From: Craspedostauros australis
Lineage: Eukaryota
DNA: 49,681 bases
Direction: 5' to 3'
NCBI GenBank assembly: GCA_030167865.1
Contig: JALAGF010006047.1
Coordinates: forward strand, 1-49,681
A model generated the notes under the pieces. That model saw only the letters and a program-made list of their open reading frames with translations, ran no database searches and had not been told where the DNA came from. A program made the position numbers and the translations under genes. Positions within the stretch are counted from its first letter, which is position 1. The number at the start of each line of letters is the position of its first letter. Below are positions 10,112 through 22,200 of the stretch, piece by piece.

Positions 10112-11212
10112 CTACGCGCTGGTGTTTGGCGGCTGATAAGTTGCGCCGACCTCGTTGGTGTCATTCATCGCATCAGGTCCGGCCTTCTTCGTTCCTTTCT
10201 TCTTCTTCTTCGATGATGACTTCTTCCTTCCTCTCAGGAATGGCCGAATTGCTCTGAAAAGGATGCTCTTCTTTTTCTTCTTCTTCTTCTTGTGTCCGCC
10301 CTGCTGCTGTTGGTATTGTGTCGATGATGATCCGACTGCAGAAGATCTCTCACCAGTCCTTCCACCCTCATCATCTCCATCCATTTGATGGTAACCGGCG
10401 CCATTGCTTTCAACGTCATTATCATCCGCATCAGCACCACCGACATCACCTGCAACTCCAACTTCACCATTGGTCAGCAACAGCTGATATTCCTGCCACT
10501 CCGACTGAAAGGCCTCCACCTCATCCGCCACCCACTGCTGGATGCCCGCGATGCCGTGCTTGACCTGCCGCTGGATGGGTCGCAATTTCGCATCCTGCTC
10601 ATTCATCACGCCGTGCAACGTCAGGCCCACGACCGCCACGACAACGACCATCACGCCCAACCCCACGAAGGCCACGAGCCCGTACCGCGCGATCGCCACC
10701 AATGCGAGCAGGATGCTCAGCATCACGAGTCCGAACAGCATCAGCATCGCCACGTGCACGATCTGCGCCGTTTGGGCCTTGTTGCGGTGTTCGAATTCAT
10801 CACGGAAGTCGTCTTGTTGCTGCTGTTTGCGCAGACCGTCTTGGCTGTCCGTCGATGGCACTGTCTCCACCTGCAGAGGTTGCAACTGGCTGGGTTGGTC
10901 GTTGTGTTCTGGTGCCTGTGGTTGTGCCTGTGGTTGTGCCTGTGGTAGGATCGATGCAACCGCAGTATCTGTGGCTGTGGCTGTCGTTGGTGCAGCGACG
11001 TGCGTTTCGGAGTTGCCTGTTTCGCCAATGCCCGACAACGCGGTTTGCTCTGTTGCAGTGACCGTACTGCCCGTCGACATCGATGTTGGTGGCTGCTGCG
11101 TAGTAGTAGTAATTGGGCCTCCGTCCTCGTCTGAAATAGCAGTGCTGCTTCCTTGGTTCGCCGCTTGCGCTTGTGGCGATGACGGCGTCATTGTCTGTGC
11201 ATTCTCCGCCAT
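10112..11212 (-). CDS. Hypothetical membrane protein (2 TM helices, basic C-terminus)
   Basis: Long ORF, likely start MAENAQT at 11212. Hydrophobic hairpin VAMLMLFGLVMLSILLALVAIA / GLVAFVGLGVMVVVVAVVGL. Poly-K tracts near the C-terminus. Confidence 0.7.
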   Translation of the reverse strand: MAENAQTMTPSSPQAQAANQGSSTAISDEDGGPITTTTQQPPTSMSTGSTVTATEQTALSGIGETGNSETHVAAPTTATATDTAVASILPQAQPQAQPQAPEHNDQPSQLQPLQVETVPSTDSQDGLRKQQQQDDFRDEFEHRNKAQTAQIVHVAMLMLFGLVMLSILLALVAIARYGLVAFVGLGVMVVVVAVVGLTLHGVMNEQDAKLRPIQRQVKHGIAGIQQWVADEVEAFQSEWQEYQLLLTNGEVGVAGDVGGADADDNDVESNGAGYHQMDGDDEGGRTGERSSAVGSSSTQYQQQQGGHKKKKKKKKSILFRAIRPFLRGRKKSSSKKKKKGTKKAGPDAMNDTNEVGATYQPPNTSA

Positions 11213-12159
11213 CTTGATGCAATCGCGTCGATGGGCAAATGGCGTCAGTTCGCGAACAACGGGAGCAGCAGTGGTGTCGTATGTGCAGGACAGGAACGAA
11301 GTGCCTGGCCCGTTGCTGCTGACACGGTGACTCGGTCTCTTCTGCCGCACTCTACGAGTATGTAGGTTGCGCTGTCAGTGTATCCTCGAAGAAGTTCTAT
11401 GCTCGACGAGTGCGTTTTCGTGGTGCTGTTGTGATGTTATGGCGCGAGGATGGCAATGCGATGTGGTTTGGTGTGGTGTCATGCACAAACATCTCCAGAG
11501 CGGCGATCATTGAGAGGCGCGAAAAGTGTGACCAATGATCCACCAACTGCAACACCAACAACGGCAAAGAATTCTGGTGTTCGCGTTGTCGCGTCGATTT
11601 GAATTTGTTGTGCCCATTTTTCGTGACTGAGCGTCATTTGTTGTTCACGAGTTTGTGACACTATTTCTTTCACGAGTAGTGTTGAATCACGTGAAATAGT
11701 CCAACGAATCGTTGACACCCGATGTGGATACCGCATTCAACACGGTTGTTCGGATCTTCCACACGCAAGTCGGCATCGCGAGCCATCAACGTTTCCCGTC
11801 ATGTGATGTCCAGATCGCTCATTCCCACACAATCTGAGGCCGAGAGCCATCCATCATCTGCCATCCATCCATGCTCTAGTACTCATCCTTACCCATCGTG
11901 CCCATCCATCTTCTGCCAAAGCAACAACGTTGGTTGTATCCACTTCGAAGTGAAGCAGAGGGAACTGAAAGAATACAATCTAAAGACGAAAAGAGGACCG
12001 AACCAACAGAGTGCTCGTACTTCGACGCAAGCAAAGCAGAAAGAAAGAGAGAGACGAACCAACACAGAGCCATCATCCAATAATCCCGCTTTTCCACTCC
12101 CCTGTTTGCGCTACTCAAGCATACCTCCGTGGACCATACGACAGCACCGAGCCGACAAC

Positions 12160-14089
12160 ATGACAGCCACAAACCTCCACCGCAACGGAGCCCTTGCCGT
12201 CGTGATCCTCGTCTCCCACCGGCTCTTCCTCTCGTGCCCTGCATCCATTGTCAGCGCGGCTGCATCTGCTACGGTGGCAGCAACGGCATCCGACCGATCG
12301 CGGTCCTTGCCTCGCATTCATTCGCGCGCATCATCGAGAATGCTGGAACTCGCATCTCTGCGTCATGATCGTGAACGCACTGCGGCATCCGATGCATCCG
12401 ACAACCAAGAGTTCGTCTCCTTGCTGCAGGACCACAGCGATGCCAGCAGCATCGGCTCACCGGCGATCCGCCGCAAGGTTTTGGGGCTGCGTGCCGGAGC
12501 CCAAGTGAAGTTCGGTCGCGCACCGGCTTCTGAAACAACAACAACGACAATAGCACCAGAGCCAGCTGCTCCTGTCACAACCGTGAGCGACGAGGACCAC
12601 TCCGCCAACGGCGGTTCCTCGATGGCGGCCGCGGTCTTCAATCTCGTCAACAACATTGCCGGCGCGGGATTGCTGACCTTGTCAGCAGGGATGGCGTCGG
12701 GCACGGGGTTCCTTCCGGCCATTCTCATCTGCTCGATTCTAGGATTGCTCAGCTCCCACACCTTCTGTCTCATCGGGGAGGCCTGCGAGATCACGGGCGA
12801 ACAAGATTTTAAGGTGCGTCAGAGGCTGTGTGAAGGGAGGAGAGACGAGGAGTTGCAGCTGTTGTAGCTGTTGCGGCTGTTGGATGTACATCATGTTTGC
12901 AGATGCGTGCGTTTCATTGCGGTGCACAACATTGGACAGCATTGAAGTGGAATACGTCGAGACTCGACGATTTTCATTCATTTTCGCTGCACATACATTC
13001 TCACGCTTTGTCCCCGTCTCTCCATCGACCTTATTTTTCGATTTGCAGGGTCTCTGGGCCAAGAGTATCGGCGAGAAGTCCAAGTGGGTCGTCGATGTCA
13101 TGATCGCTATCATGTGCTTGGCGTGTTCTGTCATCTACAGCGGCATCCTCGGCGATGTCTTCACCCCGTTGCTCGCAGAAGCCGGTCTCCCCGCCAAGTG
13201 GAACGGCCGAACCTCCAACATCCTCGCCATCACGTCCGTCCTTCTTCTCCCGCTCTGCCTTATCAAGGACCTCTCCGCACTCGCCTTCACCTCCACCTTG
13301 GGATTTGCCGCCATCATGTACAGTGTCGTCTTCATCGTCTTGCGCCAATTGGACGGCACCTACGCCCTGGGCACGGGCAAGTTCGTCGTCGGCGATGCCC
13401 TCCTCGCCAACAAACCGTCCTTCAAGATGAGGTCGCTCTGGGGCATCAACTTCACCTCCCTCGTCCTCGCATCCAATCTCGGATTGGCGTACCTGGCGCA
13501 CTACAACGCACCGGCCTTCTACCGCAGCCTCACGAAACCCAGCAGCAAGAAGTTCCGCAAGATGGTCCGCATCTCCTTCTCCGTCCTCGTCTCCCTCTAC
13601 GTCGTCGCCATGGTGGCCGGTTACAACACCTTCGGAGACGTCTGCGTCGGAAACATCCTCCTCAATTACCATCCCAAGGATTTCCTCTCCACCATGGCAC
13701 GTCTGGCCACTGGTTTCAGCATCCTCTTCGGCTTCCCCCTCGTCGCCTGCGCAGCACGCGAATCCATCGTCGGCATGGCGTCCGACCTCGGCATGGACTG
13801 GATCGCCAAGGACTCCAGCCACTTCTGGGTCGTCTCTGCCATCCTCGCCTTGGTCACGGCCGTCTCCTGCACCGTCGAGGACATCTCGCTCGTCGTCGGG
13901 CTCACGGGCGCTGCCCTCGGTTCCAACCTCGTCTACATCTGCCCCAGCATCATCTACACCAAAATAATCAAGATGACCAAGGGTGAGGACAGCGCGGAAT
14001 ACCGCAAGGCACGGTGGAACCTCGCCTTTGTGCCCTTGGGCGCCTTCATCGGCGCGCTCGGCGTGTACATGACGCTGAAGGAGGCTTGA
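12160..14089 (+). CDS. Amino-acid transporter (Aa_trans / SLC38-like), 2 exons
   Basis: Exons 12160-12813 and 13049-14089 (intron GTGCGT...TTGCAG; QDFK-GLWAKS in frame). Motifs AVFNLVNNIAGAGLLTL, LLPLCLIKDLSALAFTS, LAYLAHYNAP and GYNTFG; about 11 TM segments. Confidence 0.92.
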
Positions 14090-14654
14090 GGTGGATAGTA
14101 TATTACTCCACACATGATATTGACAAACGATTCTCCTTTTGTAACGTACTACGCAAGGAGCATTGGGGGACGAAGCTATCGCAACTTATACATCACACAA
14201 TATCCTAAATTTACAACAATACTCTTGATACTTCATCTTGAAACACTCTGCTTGTACTGAGCTATGCTCATCGTACCATGGTGGTTGCTCGGTGGATCTA
14301 TCGCTCCAAGCACCATCCTCGAACGCGCAATACCATACCTACCTCCAAGGGCATGTGATTTGGGCAAACTTCCTCCACACACGAGATGTCCACAAACTTC
14401 ATCTAAGTTGAGTCCAGTTAGTCGTCTAGCTCACATTTTTGTTCTTCGGCACGCCACACCTCGCGACTTCCCCGCCAAATTGTGGCCACCCACCACAGGT
14501 TCCCCTCCTCCTTTTGACCATGGCATGAGAGAGCATGCGACTTGATTGTATGCGTGCATATTAGTGCAACGACCAGTGACCAATGATCAATGATTGGTTG
14601 ACTCATTCATTCATTCATGCATCGTGCAAAAGGACGGCCGCAGTTTGATTTGCA

Positions 14655-15074
14655 ATGGCGGAAGCCGCAACAGCGTTGGCGACCAACGCCGAAGATGCCA
14701 ACAGCAGCAAAGATGCCGATGACGACGACTTCGTGTGGGACGCCGTCACGGTGACGCAGGCCATCCTGTTATTCTTCGTGACAGGCGCCGCTGAGATTGG
14801 TGGCGGATGGCTCGTCTGGAAGGCCATGCGGGAACGCAAGCCGTGGTGGTGGGCGGCTGTCGGCAGCATCGTGCTGGTGATCTACGGTTTCCTCCCTACC
14901 CTGCAACCCACCGACAGCTTCGGGCGCATCTACGCGGCCTACGGTGGCTTCTTCATCATGCTGTCCTTCCTCGCGGCATGGGGGTTGGACGGGGATCGGC
15001 CGGATTTGGGGGACATCGTGGGGGGATGCATTTCTTTGGTCGGCGTGTTGGTGTTGTTGTTTTGGCCGAGATGA
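14655..15074 (+). CDS. ynfA: YnfA/UPF0060 family (SMR-like) small membrane protein
   Basis: Family motifs AEIGGGWLVW, YGFLPTLQP, FGRIYAAYGGFFI and DGDRPDLGDIVG, ending WPR; intronless; short acidic N-terminal extension. Confidence 0.9.
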   Translation: MAEAATALATNAEDANSSKDADDDDFVWDAVTVTQAILLFFVTGAAEIGGGWLVWKAMRERKPWWWAAVGSIVLVIYGFLPTLQPTDSFGRIYAAYGGFFIMLSFLAAWGLDGDRPDLGDIVGGCISLVGVLVLLFWPR

Positions 15075-15603
15075 AAGTCGGTCGTCAAGGCGCAGGATGG
15101 TAACGTCAGGCAAAGCAAGGCATGCAGACATGGTGGGGCAGGATAGATGTGACGGGATCACGGAGCTTGGTTCGATGAGGATGATGATCTGGAGCAAAAG
15201 ACAGTGACCGTACGTAGTCTCTCACAAGAGAGACAGAAAGAGTAGAGTACTCTCAATACGACGACTCGTAAGCTTGCTTTGGAATTGTCTATCGCCGTTG
15301 TAGATTGAAAGAGTATGCAGAAGTTCAAAACACGCTGCGCCTCCCCGTACTTGTGCCATGCGATAAACTACGCCTACATCTCTGGAGAGAGAGAAGAGAT
15401 GATAATAGAGAATACCATATGCATTCGATTGCAACCCTGTGACCCAAATATTTAGTCGTCACGTTTAAGAGGCGATCTTCTTCGTTGAGGTCACAGTTGA
15501 AGTCACCGTTGAAGCCCATCATTGTCGCTTGCCGTGTTGCTTGCGTTGGTGTTTGTCTTCAACCAATCCACCAGCACTCAACGCGTAAGTCTCAATGAAC
15601 GAA

Positions 15604-17046
15604 TCAGTCACTTTGCTGCGCTGCGTCATCCTTTGTGGATACCAGCGCCGCCAACAGTATCAGTGCTCCGCCAAAAGTCTCCGGCATCGACAGCGTTTCT
15701 CCCAGCAGCGACCATGCACACAGTGCGGCGAAGACCGGTTCCAAACTCAGCAGGATGTTTGCCTCGGTCGCCGATGGTACCTTCTTCTGCCCTTGTTGTT
15801 GCAGGACATCCGCCACAGTTCCTGGACCGAGCGCGGAATACAGCAGCACCAACCAAACCATGGGGTTGGTCGCCCATCCACCCAGCATGGCGATACCGGA
15901 GGATAGCTGCATCGCGTCACCACTGCCAGATGTCATCAATGGGAATATCGCCCAGACGCTGTACAGAACTGCCAGGATGCTTGTCTTGCCAGCCTGGAGC
16001 GACAATTCGTCACCCTCCTTGAAGTTCGACGCAAGCTGCGTCAGGCGGAACAAGTATAGCGACCAGCACAGAGCACCGCCCAGAACGAATCCATCTCCCA
16101 CGGACATGCTCATTGCCATGCCACCTGCACTGTCCATTCCGTCCATGCTCCCAATACTGCTCATGCCGCCAATACCGCCAATGCCACTCATGATGTTCGA
16201 AATGTCACCCACACCGGATAGGAGCACCAAGCCAATCAATGCGAGGAAGCAGCCAACCCACACGGTGCCGGGAACCGACTGCCCCGATGCCATGGACAGC
16301 AACGGTGTCATGACGACGGACGTTTGCGTGAGGAAGGCCGCTCTTGCGCTCTCCGTGCTCAGCAGGCCAATGCTCAGCAGACCTTGCGCGCCGAAGTTCC
16401 ACACCGCCAATTCCAACGCTGCCTTCCACACGCCCGACGATGTCTGCGTTGCCGTTTCTGTCGTTGGGGTTTCCACCGCTGTTGTTTCGACCTGCCCTGC
16501 GGTATTGGCATCTTTGCGAGACAGCAACAACGGCGGGATGAAGCAGAATGCGGCCAGCCAACCCCTCGTCGCGGATAGCATCGATGCGGATGGCGGATCC
16601 GGCGCGCCGTACACCGAACGCATCGAGACGGTCAACGTTCCGTAGAGCAACGCCACGACCAGGAGCAGAATGCGCCCTTGTGCGACTGACGAAGTCGCTG
16701 CGTCCTGCTTCGTGTTCTCGTTGTCTTTCGACATGCTGTCAGTTGCATCGAGCGCCATCCTTGCTGTCAGATCACCGTTCTGCTCAGGCGACTTTAGTAT
16801 CGTCCTGGGATTGCTGCCAACGTGCACATCAGCGTGGATGCCGGAAGCGATGTCGGCATTCATCGCCGTGTCAACTGGAGTCCTGCTGCTGGCGATGGTG
16901 GTTGGCGATGATGGGCCGATGACTCGTCTCCTTGACATGCTGCTGAATGCCTCTGACGACGAGCATTGTGACGCCAGCAACAGAATGCCAATCAACGCCC
17001 CACGGGCCGCCCGAGCTGCTGGTGCAGCATCTGAGGGTGGCTTCAT
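15604..17046 (-). CDS. EamA/DMT family transporter, probably plastid-targeted
   Basis: Two EamA halves (LLVVALLYGT, GLLSTESARAAFLTQTSVVMTPLL, GDGFVLGGALCWSLY, ATEANILLSLEPVFAAL). Presequence MKPP...LIGILLLASQCSSSEA-FSS. Confidence 0.9.
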   Translation of the reverse strand: MKPPSDAAPAARAARGALIGILLLASQCSSSEAFSSMSRRRVIGPSSPTTIASSRTPVDTAMNADIASGIHADVHVGSNPRTILKSPEQNGDLTARMALDATDSMSKDNENTKQDAATSSVAQGRILLLVVALLYGTLTVSMRSVYGAPDPPSASMLSATRGWLAAFCFIPPLLLSRKDANTAGQVETTAVETPTTETATQTSSGVWKAALELAVWNFGAQGLLSIGLLSTESARAAFLTQTSVVMTPLLSMASGQSVPGTVWVGCFLALIGLVLLSGVGDISNIMSGIGGIGGMSSIGSMDGMDSAGGMAMSMSVGDGFVLGGALCWSLYLFRLTQLASNFKEGDELSLQAGKTSILAVLYSVWAIFPLMTSGSGDAMQLSSGIAMLGGWATNPMVWLVLLYSALGPGTVADVLQQQGQKKVPSATEANILLSLEPVFAALCAWSLLGETLSMPETFGGALILLAALVSTKDDAAQQSD

Positions 17047-17849
17047 TCTCTGTGCGAGTATGATGGGTGCGGCTGGTTGTCCTTGTCCTTCTTTTGCTTC
17101 GAGCGGAGACTGAATGGAGTTTATGGAATCTGTGGCGTCTTTGTGAGGCACGACACCATGCTCGTACTCTCGTATGCAAGCTTGACAGAGATCGTGACTT
17201 TGGAAATGTTGATGTGCGGTGTCGGCGTTGGTGGCATCAGGGTCTTTTGTTCTGTGGCATCCGTTTTCTCCTTCCCGAAAATGCACTTGACGCCTTTCGC
17301 GTCACATGTTCGCCTCTTCAACCCATCAGCACATTTTGGCGAATATGTCCGTACGACGTCCGCCAATTGCATTACTTGCGTGGCTGAGAGCCAACCAAAT
17401 CACCCAAAAAGTGGGCGTCACAGCGAACGCGAACGCGTCGTCATCTCCTTCTGTTTCGTGAATCGATCCGACACGATACCAAAAGAAAGCTAGATTGGAA
17501 TTGAAGCGACGAAGAGAAGAAGGGAGAGGACGAAAAGCACTCTGGACACACGATGGGTCGACAAACACGGCACGATTTCATGCATGGCAAGGCATCCCAA
17601 CAGAGTTGTCTCCAGCTGGGGGCGCAGGATCGTGTCCCTCAACGTTCTGGAATACGTACAGTGCTGTATCGTATGCACTGTACACTGCACAATGCTTAAA
17701 CAAGTATTTATCGGTTCATACATTTCTCGTTGTTGAAGCATTGCACGGCAGAGTATGTGGAGCGGTCTCTCGGTCAGAATGGAGCACGGCGCATCTCTTT
17801 TCTCTCTCACACACACTCTCGCTCTGGCTTTCGCTGTGGTTAACTCTTT

Positions 17850-19031
17850 CTAGTATTCGATGCTCCAGTAGGAAGTCTCGTCGTGTCGGGCCTTCTCGCA
17901 TGCCTGCAACTCAACGTCTTCGTCTGGTTTGGGGTGGTGGTGCTGAGTCACGCAGCTCGGCTTATTGGTCAACTGGCTTAGCTCGAAGCGCTTGCCGGTG
18001 AAGGACCCGTTGGGTGCGTACCACAGCTGCTCCGGCTTGGTCACGTCGCACGTGCGCAGGAAGATGTGATTGCCGTCCCGTTCGAAGCATAGAGCGATGG
18101 GCAGGACCTGGATTTGAATCTCCTCCGAGTTGATGGCGAAGAATCGGAAGCGCTGCGGTTCGTAGAGGTACTCCTCCGGATCGCAGAAGTCGATCCACAT
18201 CATGGCGTTGTATTGGCAGTCGCCCCACTCGCAGACCATGCACCAGCGGCGTTCTGTGATTTCGTCTTGCCACGTGTAGCCCTCCTCCCAGTACAGCTTC
18301 ATCTTGAAATATGGCTGCGGGACAGCGACAGGGGGAGGCACGTTGCCTGCGGGCTGCGGTGGGGCGCAGTAGTCGTAAGGACTCGTGTCGTATCCTGTGC
18401 ATCCAACGATGGGGTCGTTACTTCCGCGGAAGTGGCACACCAGCCCGTCCATGCAATCGGAATCGGCATCGCAATCTCCCTGGCAACGTCCAAGCGTGTG
18501 CGTTGGATTCGCACCGACGAGATCGAACTGCCGTGGACCGGACTGTTCATCCTCCTGCAGCAACACGTCTGATATCGGACTCAAAGTGGGCTCAATTGTC
18601 GGAGTTGAAGTTGGGATCGGCGTTGGGGATGACGTTGGAGATGCCGTTGGGAACGACGTCGGTGCTGGCTGAACCCCACCACCAGTGGCGAGCTGAGTCG
18701 TGGAGCCTCCAAAGTTCTTCGACACCAGCAGATTTCTGTCCCGAAGCTGAGCTTTTGATGGTTGAGCTTCCAGTTCTGCGGATTGCAATTGTACTTGCAG
18801 TTGCAATAGCGTTGAAAATGATTCTGATGTTGACGACGATGGTGATAGATCGGGCGATTCATTGCTGACGACGTCTGTGCCGAACAGTGCAGTCGCAGAA
18901 GCACTTGCATCTTTTGCTTCTGTTCTGTCATGTATGTGTGAGGGTGTTGCTCCTCGCAGCGCCGCATGTGTCGATTCAGTGATGAGGGGCACCAGCGTGA
19001 CCCAGGCCATGGCTTTCATCGGTTTCATCAT
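17850..19031 (-). CDS. Frustulin-like secreted cell-wall protein
   Basis: Signal peptide; RNL propeptide-like site; PTxxPT linker; acidic Cys-rich domain LGRCQGDCDADSDCMDGLVCHFR...YDYC; C-terminal Trp/Cys-rich domain (KLYWEEGYTWQDE..RRWCM). Confidence 0.8.
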   Translation of the reverse strand: MMKPMKAMAWVTLVPLITESTHAALRGATPSHIHDRTEAKDASASATALFGTDVVSNESPDLSPSSSTSESFSTLLQLQVQLQSAELEAQPSKAQLRDRNLLVSKNFGGSTTQLATGGGVQPAPTSFPTASPTSSPTPIPTSTPTIEPTLSPISDVLLQEDEQSGPRQFDLVGANPTHTLGRCQGDCDADSDCMDGLVCHFRGSNDPIVGCTGYDTSPYDYCAPPQPAGNVPPPVAVPQPYFKMKLYWEEGYTWQDEITERRWCMVCEWGDCQYNAMMWIDFCDPEEYLYEPQRFRFFAINSEEIQIQVLPIALCFERDGNHIFLRTCDVTKPEQLWYAPNGSFTGKRFELSQLTNKPSCVTQHHHPKPDEDVELQACEKARHDETSYWSIEY

Positions 19032-19198
19032 GACGATGCCGCAATGGATGCAATCGGTGTAGAGTAGTTGATTCGATCTCTTTCAGTGCGCTTCAATGTG
19101 CTTCGCTGTCGTCGTTGTCGTTTTGTTCTGATGCAGAGAGTAGATAGTATCGACTCTTGAGATTTCTGCTGTTATGTCGGTGTTTGGGAATGACTCCT

Positions 19199-19250
19199 AT
19201 TGTTGTTGTTGTTGCTGTTGTTGCTGTCGTTGTCGTCGTTGTCGTCGTTG
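19199..19250. repeat. (GTT/GTC/GCT)n trinucleotide tract
   Basis: Imperfect triplet run upstream of the frustulin-like gene. Confidence 0.8.
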
Positions 19251-22200
19251 CCATTGTTTTGTGGCTCGGTAAGGGTTGCTGGCGTGTGGTATTGTATGTA
19301 GTACGATCAATCCCCGTCTCCAATTGACTCGTATGTATACTACTTTGGGGAAGGTCTCTGATCTGTTCTGATCCTTTTGTACCACCTCGTGACACTCTGC
19401 CAGTCTCACTCGATGCTCTGCCGTCAGCATGTGGCGCCGCCTCCACTTTTGTACTATTCTGTACGAGTAGGTGAAGCACAGGGGGGATTGCCTCCTCAAA
19501 TCGTCGATGGAGCCATGCATGCACGCATACAGTACTCCTGTGTACCATACCCGTGCCATACTCTAGTCTTTCCGCATTTGCGACGATTGGTTGATGCCGA
19601 CCGTTGGTGACGAAATTTTGTTGTTTCGCGTTTTGGCGGGTTGTGGCCCAAATCGTGGATCAAGAGTTTGCAACTCGCGCCAAAAGACGTTATTTCTCAA
19701 AGAAAAATGTTAGTGCCGGGATTCGTTCTCCGAATGAAACATGAATTCAATTTGTCCGAGAAGATAATCGATCACAATTGTTCGTCTGGTGGCGTCTCGA
19801 ACGGACATATGTGGCTCAAGTGGGACAGACTTGTTGATCGAAGAAAAGTGAGGCCAGCAGAACGGCGCTGCACAAGGGAACAATGCAGGCGCTATTGTTG
19901 TGGCAACAGGGACAGGACTCTCGGAATCATGTCCGCATGTATGCATGTATGCATTCTTGACATGTCCCCCTCATCTTCGACCTTTCTCGTTGTGAAATGA
20001 GCCGGTGAACGTGCTCCCGCTTGAAGTGTGTACGCTGCTCTAATAGTGTGTGCATAGAACATGGAACAAGGAACATGAAGAGTCACCGTTTCTCAGTTTC
20101 TCGTTGCTTTGGCGTGAGCAGGTTTGCCGCAGAGCCTCGTATCGTGGACTTCAGGATGCAGGATTGGTGGCGCTGCTCTGCTGGGAAACAGCGGAGTTGC
20201 CAAAGAGGGCCTCCATTCGTGGACCTACTGCCCCAACCCTGATGACGGTGGCGATGGTTGCACGTCGACCTTGGTGAACGAACCGTCTTGTTGGTCCACT
20301 CTCTTGCTCTTCCTCTCCCTTTGGATAGATAGATAGATAGAAGAGGAGGCACGCTCGTTAGTCCCACATTGGTCGGGGTGGCTTTTTGCATCTTTGGTCA
20401 CGTTTGCAACGTGAACATCTCAGCCGCTGCGCAGTCGTGCTATGGGTGTGGGACAATGCGACAAGGAAAGTCTTCTGTCCTGAGAAATGAGTGCGAAGTT
20501 GCCACGGTTTGGGTGTCCAAAGTTGCAGTTCCAGAAACATTTGGAATGTGCTCAGTCAAACATGGTCGCCGTCATAAGTGATCATCGCAAAAGAACGTTC
20601 CGAGGAACAGGTTCATTGCCAACGATGGCGGCTGCGAGGATTTTTGATCGCTTCTCGTGTGTTGTCCCATTGGTTCTGCCGCTTCACAAAGATGCTGTTG
20701 CTGGGATTGCATGGGGAGTAGAACCAGCTCTGCCATGAACAGTCTTCGACTTGCACACCCCTGGCACTCTCGACGATCTCATTTACTCTGCTACTCTCTT
20801 CGTTGACTTCTCTACAGACATTGTGCACGGTTAAGCTCTAGATTGTTGTCACACACATCTTGCACTGCCGGTTGATTCCTCACGCAGCATGGTTCTCTGC
20901 TCCTGATCTTCGTGGGACGCGCTGAATACTGTGTGTCTTCCGCCATACTCGTACTTGAGCATGACGTACCGAAAAAGGAGGGCGGTTTCGATAAGTGCAG
21001 GCGATCGGAAGAGAAGGAAGACGAGGATGATAGCGAGAGATGGAGATGAAGAGACTGACTGATCGCCGGTTGTGACAAACGTGATTCTCTGTGCCGTGAT
21101 GTGGTGCTGCTGCTCCCGGCATCGTGATCGTGGGAGCTTTCCTCCCACGTTGAGCGTACCCACGCTGACGTCTTGTCGTGGTTGTGTACGAACTACGGGC
21201 TATGGTGCTCATGCGCGTTCCCGCAAGGATGGCACAGGACAATGAATACCCTGCTCGTGGAATAAAATGAATAGACAACGCCAGCCCAGACCAAGAGTAG
21301 AACATTGTTAGAATAGACTAATCTCTACTCGCAGAGCAGTTTAAAACAACCCCGCTCTCCCACGAAGACGGAGCGGTCGCGAGGGAGAGAATCAACCCGT
21401 CAACCCATCCAAATGACCTTTGCCAACTGTTCCCGGCGGGATCAGGTCGATCCGCCAATAGGGCGCTCGTGGGAGATGGAGCAAGGAGACAAGGGTGCTC
21501 CTGCTTACGTATTCGTATCAAGCCACCGGAAGGTACGAAAGCATCTTTGCGAGAGGCGGGGTTGGCGGCTGCGAGTAGACATAGGACGGGGGTGGAGTTG
21601 AGGACGAGATGTCCCTTGTGTCGACGTCATCGATGCATCATGGCGATACGAAGATAATCCTCTCACAGTGTGCCAGTAGTCGTACTACACTAAAGTCGAG
21701 CTTTCGCCGACCCAGGAGAGCTTCTCCTCACCAACAGTGCGCTGACCACAAGAGCACTGACAATGAGAGTCCTCAGCAGCGGAATCTGCCCCCGCTAACA
21801 GCCAAGGTGCATAGAAAGACGGGATATCCACCAACTGACCCGTGTTTCCCAGATCAAGACGGAAGAGCCATCATCTCGACTATAATAGATCGTACAACAA
21901 CGGCCATCTGGATGAAAAGATCACGAGGGTGATCCCATCCCAGCCTCTTGTTGGCAAGTCAGAAAAGCAGCTTTGGAGAACTGAGGCAACTTGCGCGGGC
22001 TGGTGGTCACATAACGAGTAGGAGTTAGAATGTGTGATCTTTGCCAACGACCCATCTTCCTGCCTATTGATATCCTTGCGATCGTATCTCTCGATGTCAA
22101 GACACGTTGCGGTGCTCCTCTGTCTCTCTGGATGCGGTCATCACGTGATCTCATTGTCACACTGGGCAGGGCTTCCACGAATGCCGAACAGTGGTGAGAA

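Noticed and set aside
14655..15074. Bacterial contamination
   Set aside because: The gene is contiguous with intron-containing eukaryotic genes, with no gap or compositional break.
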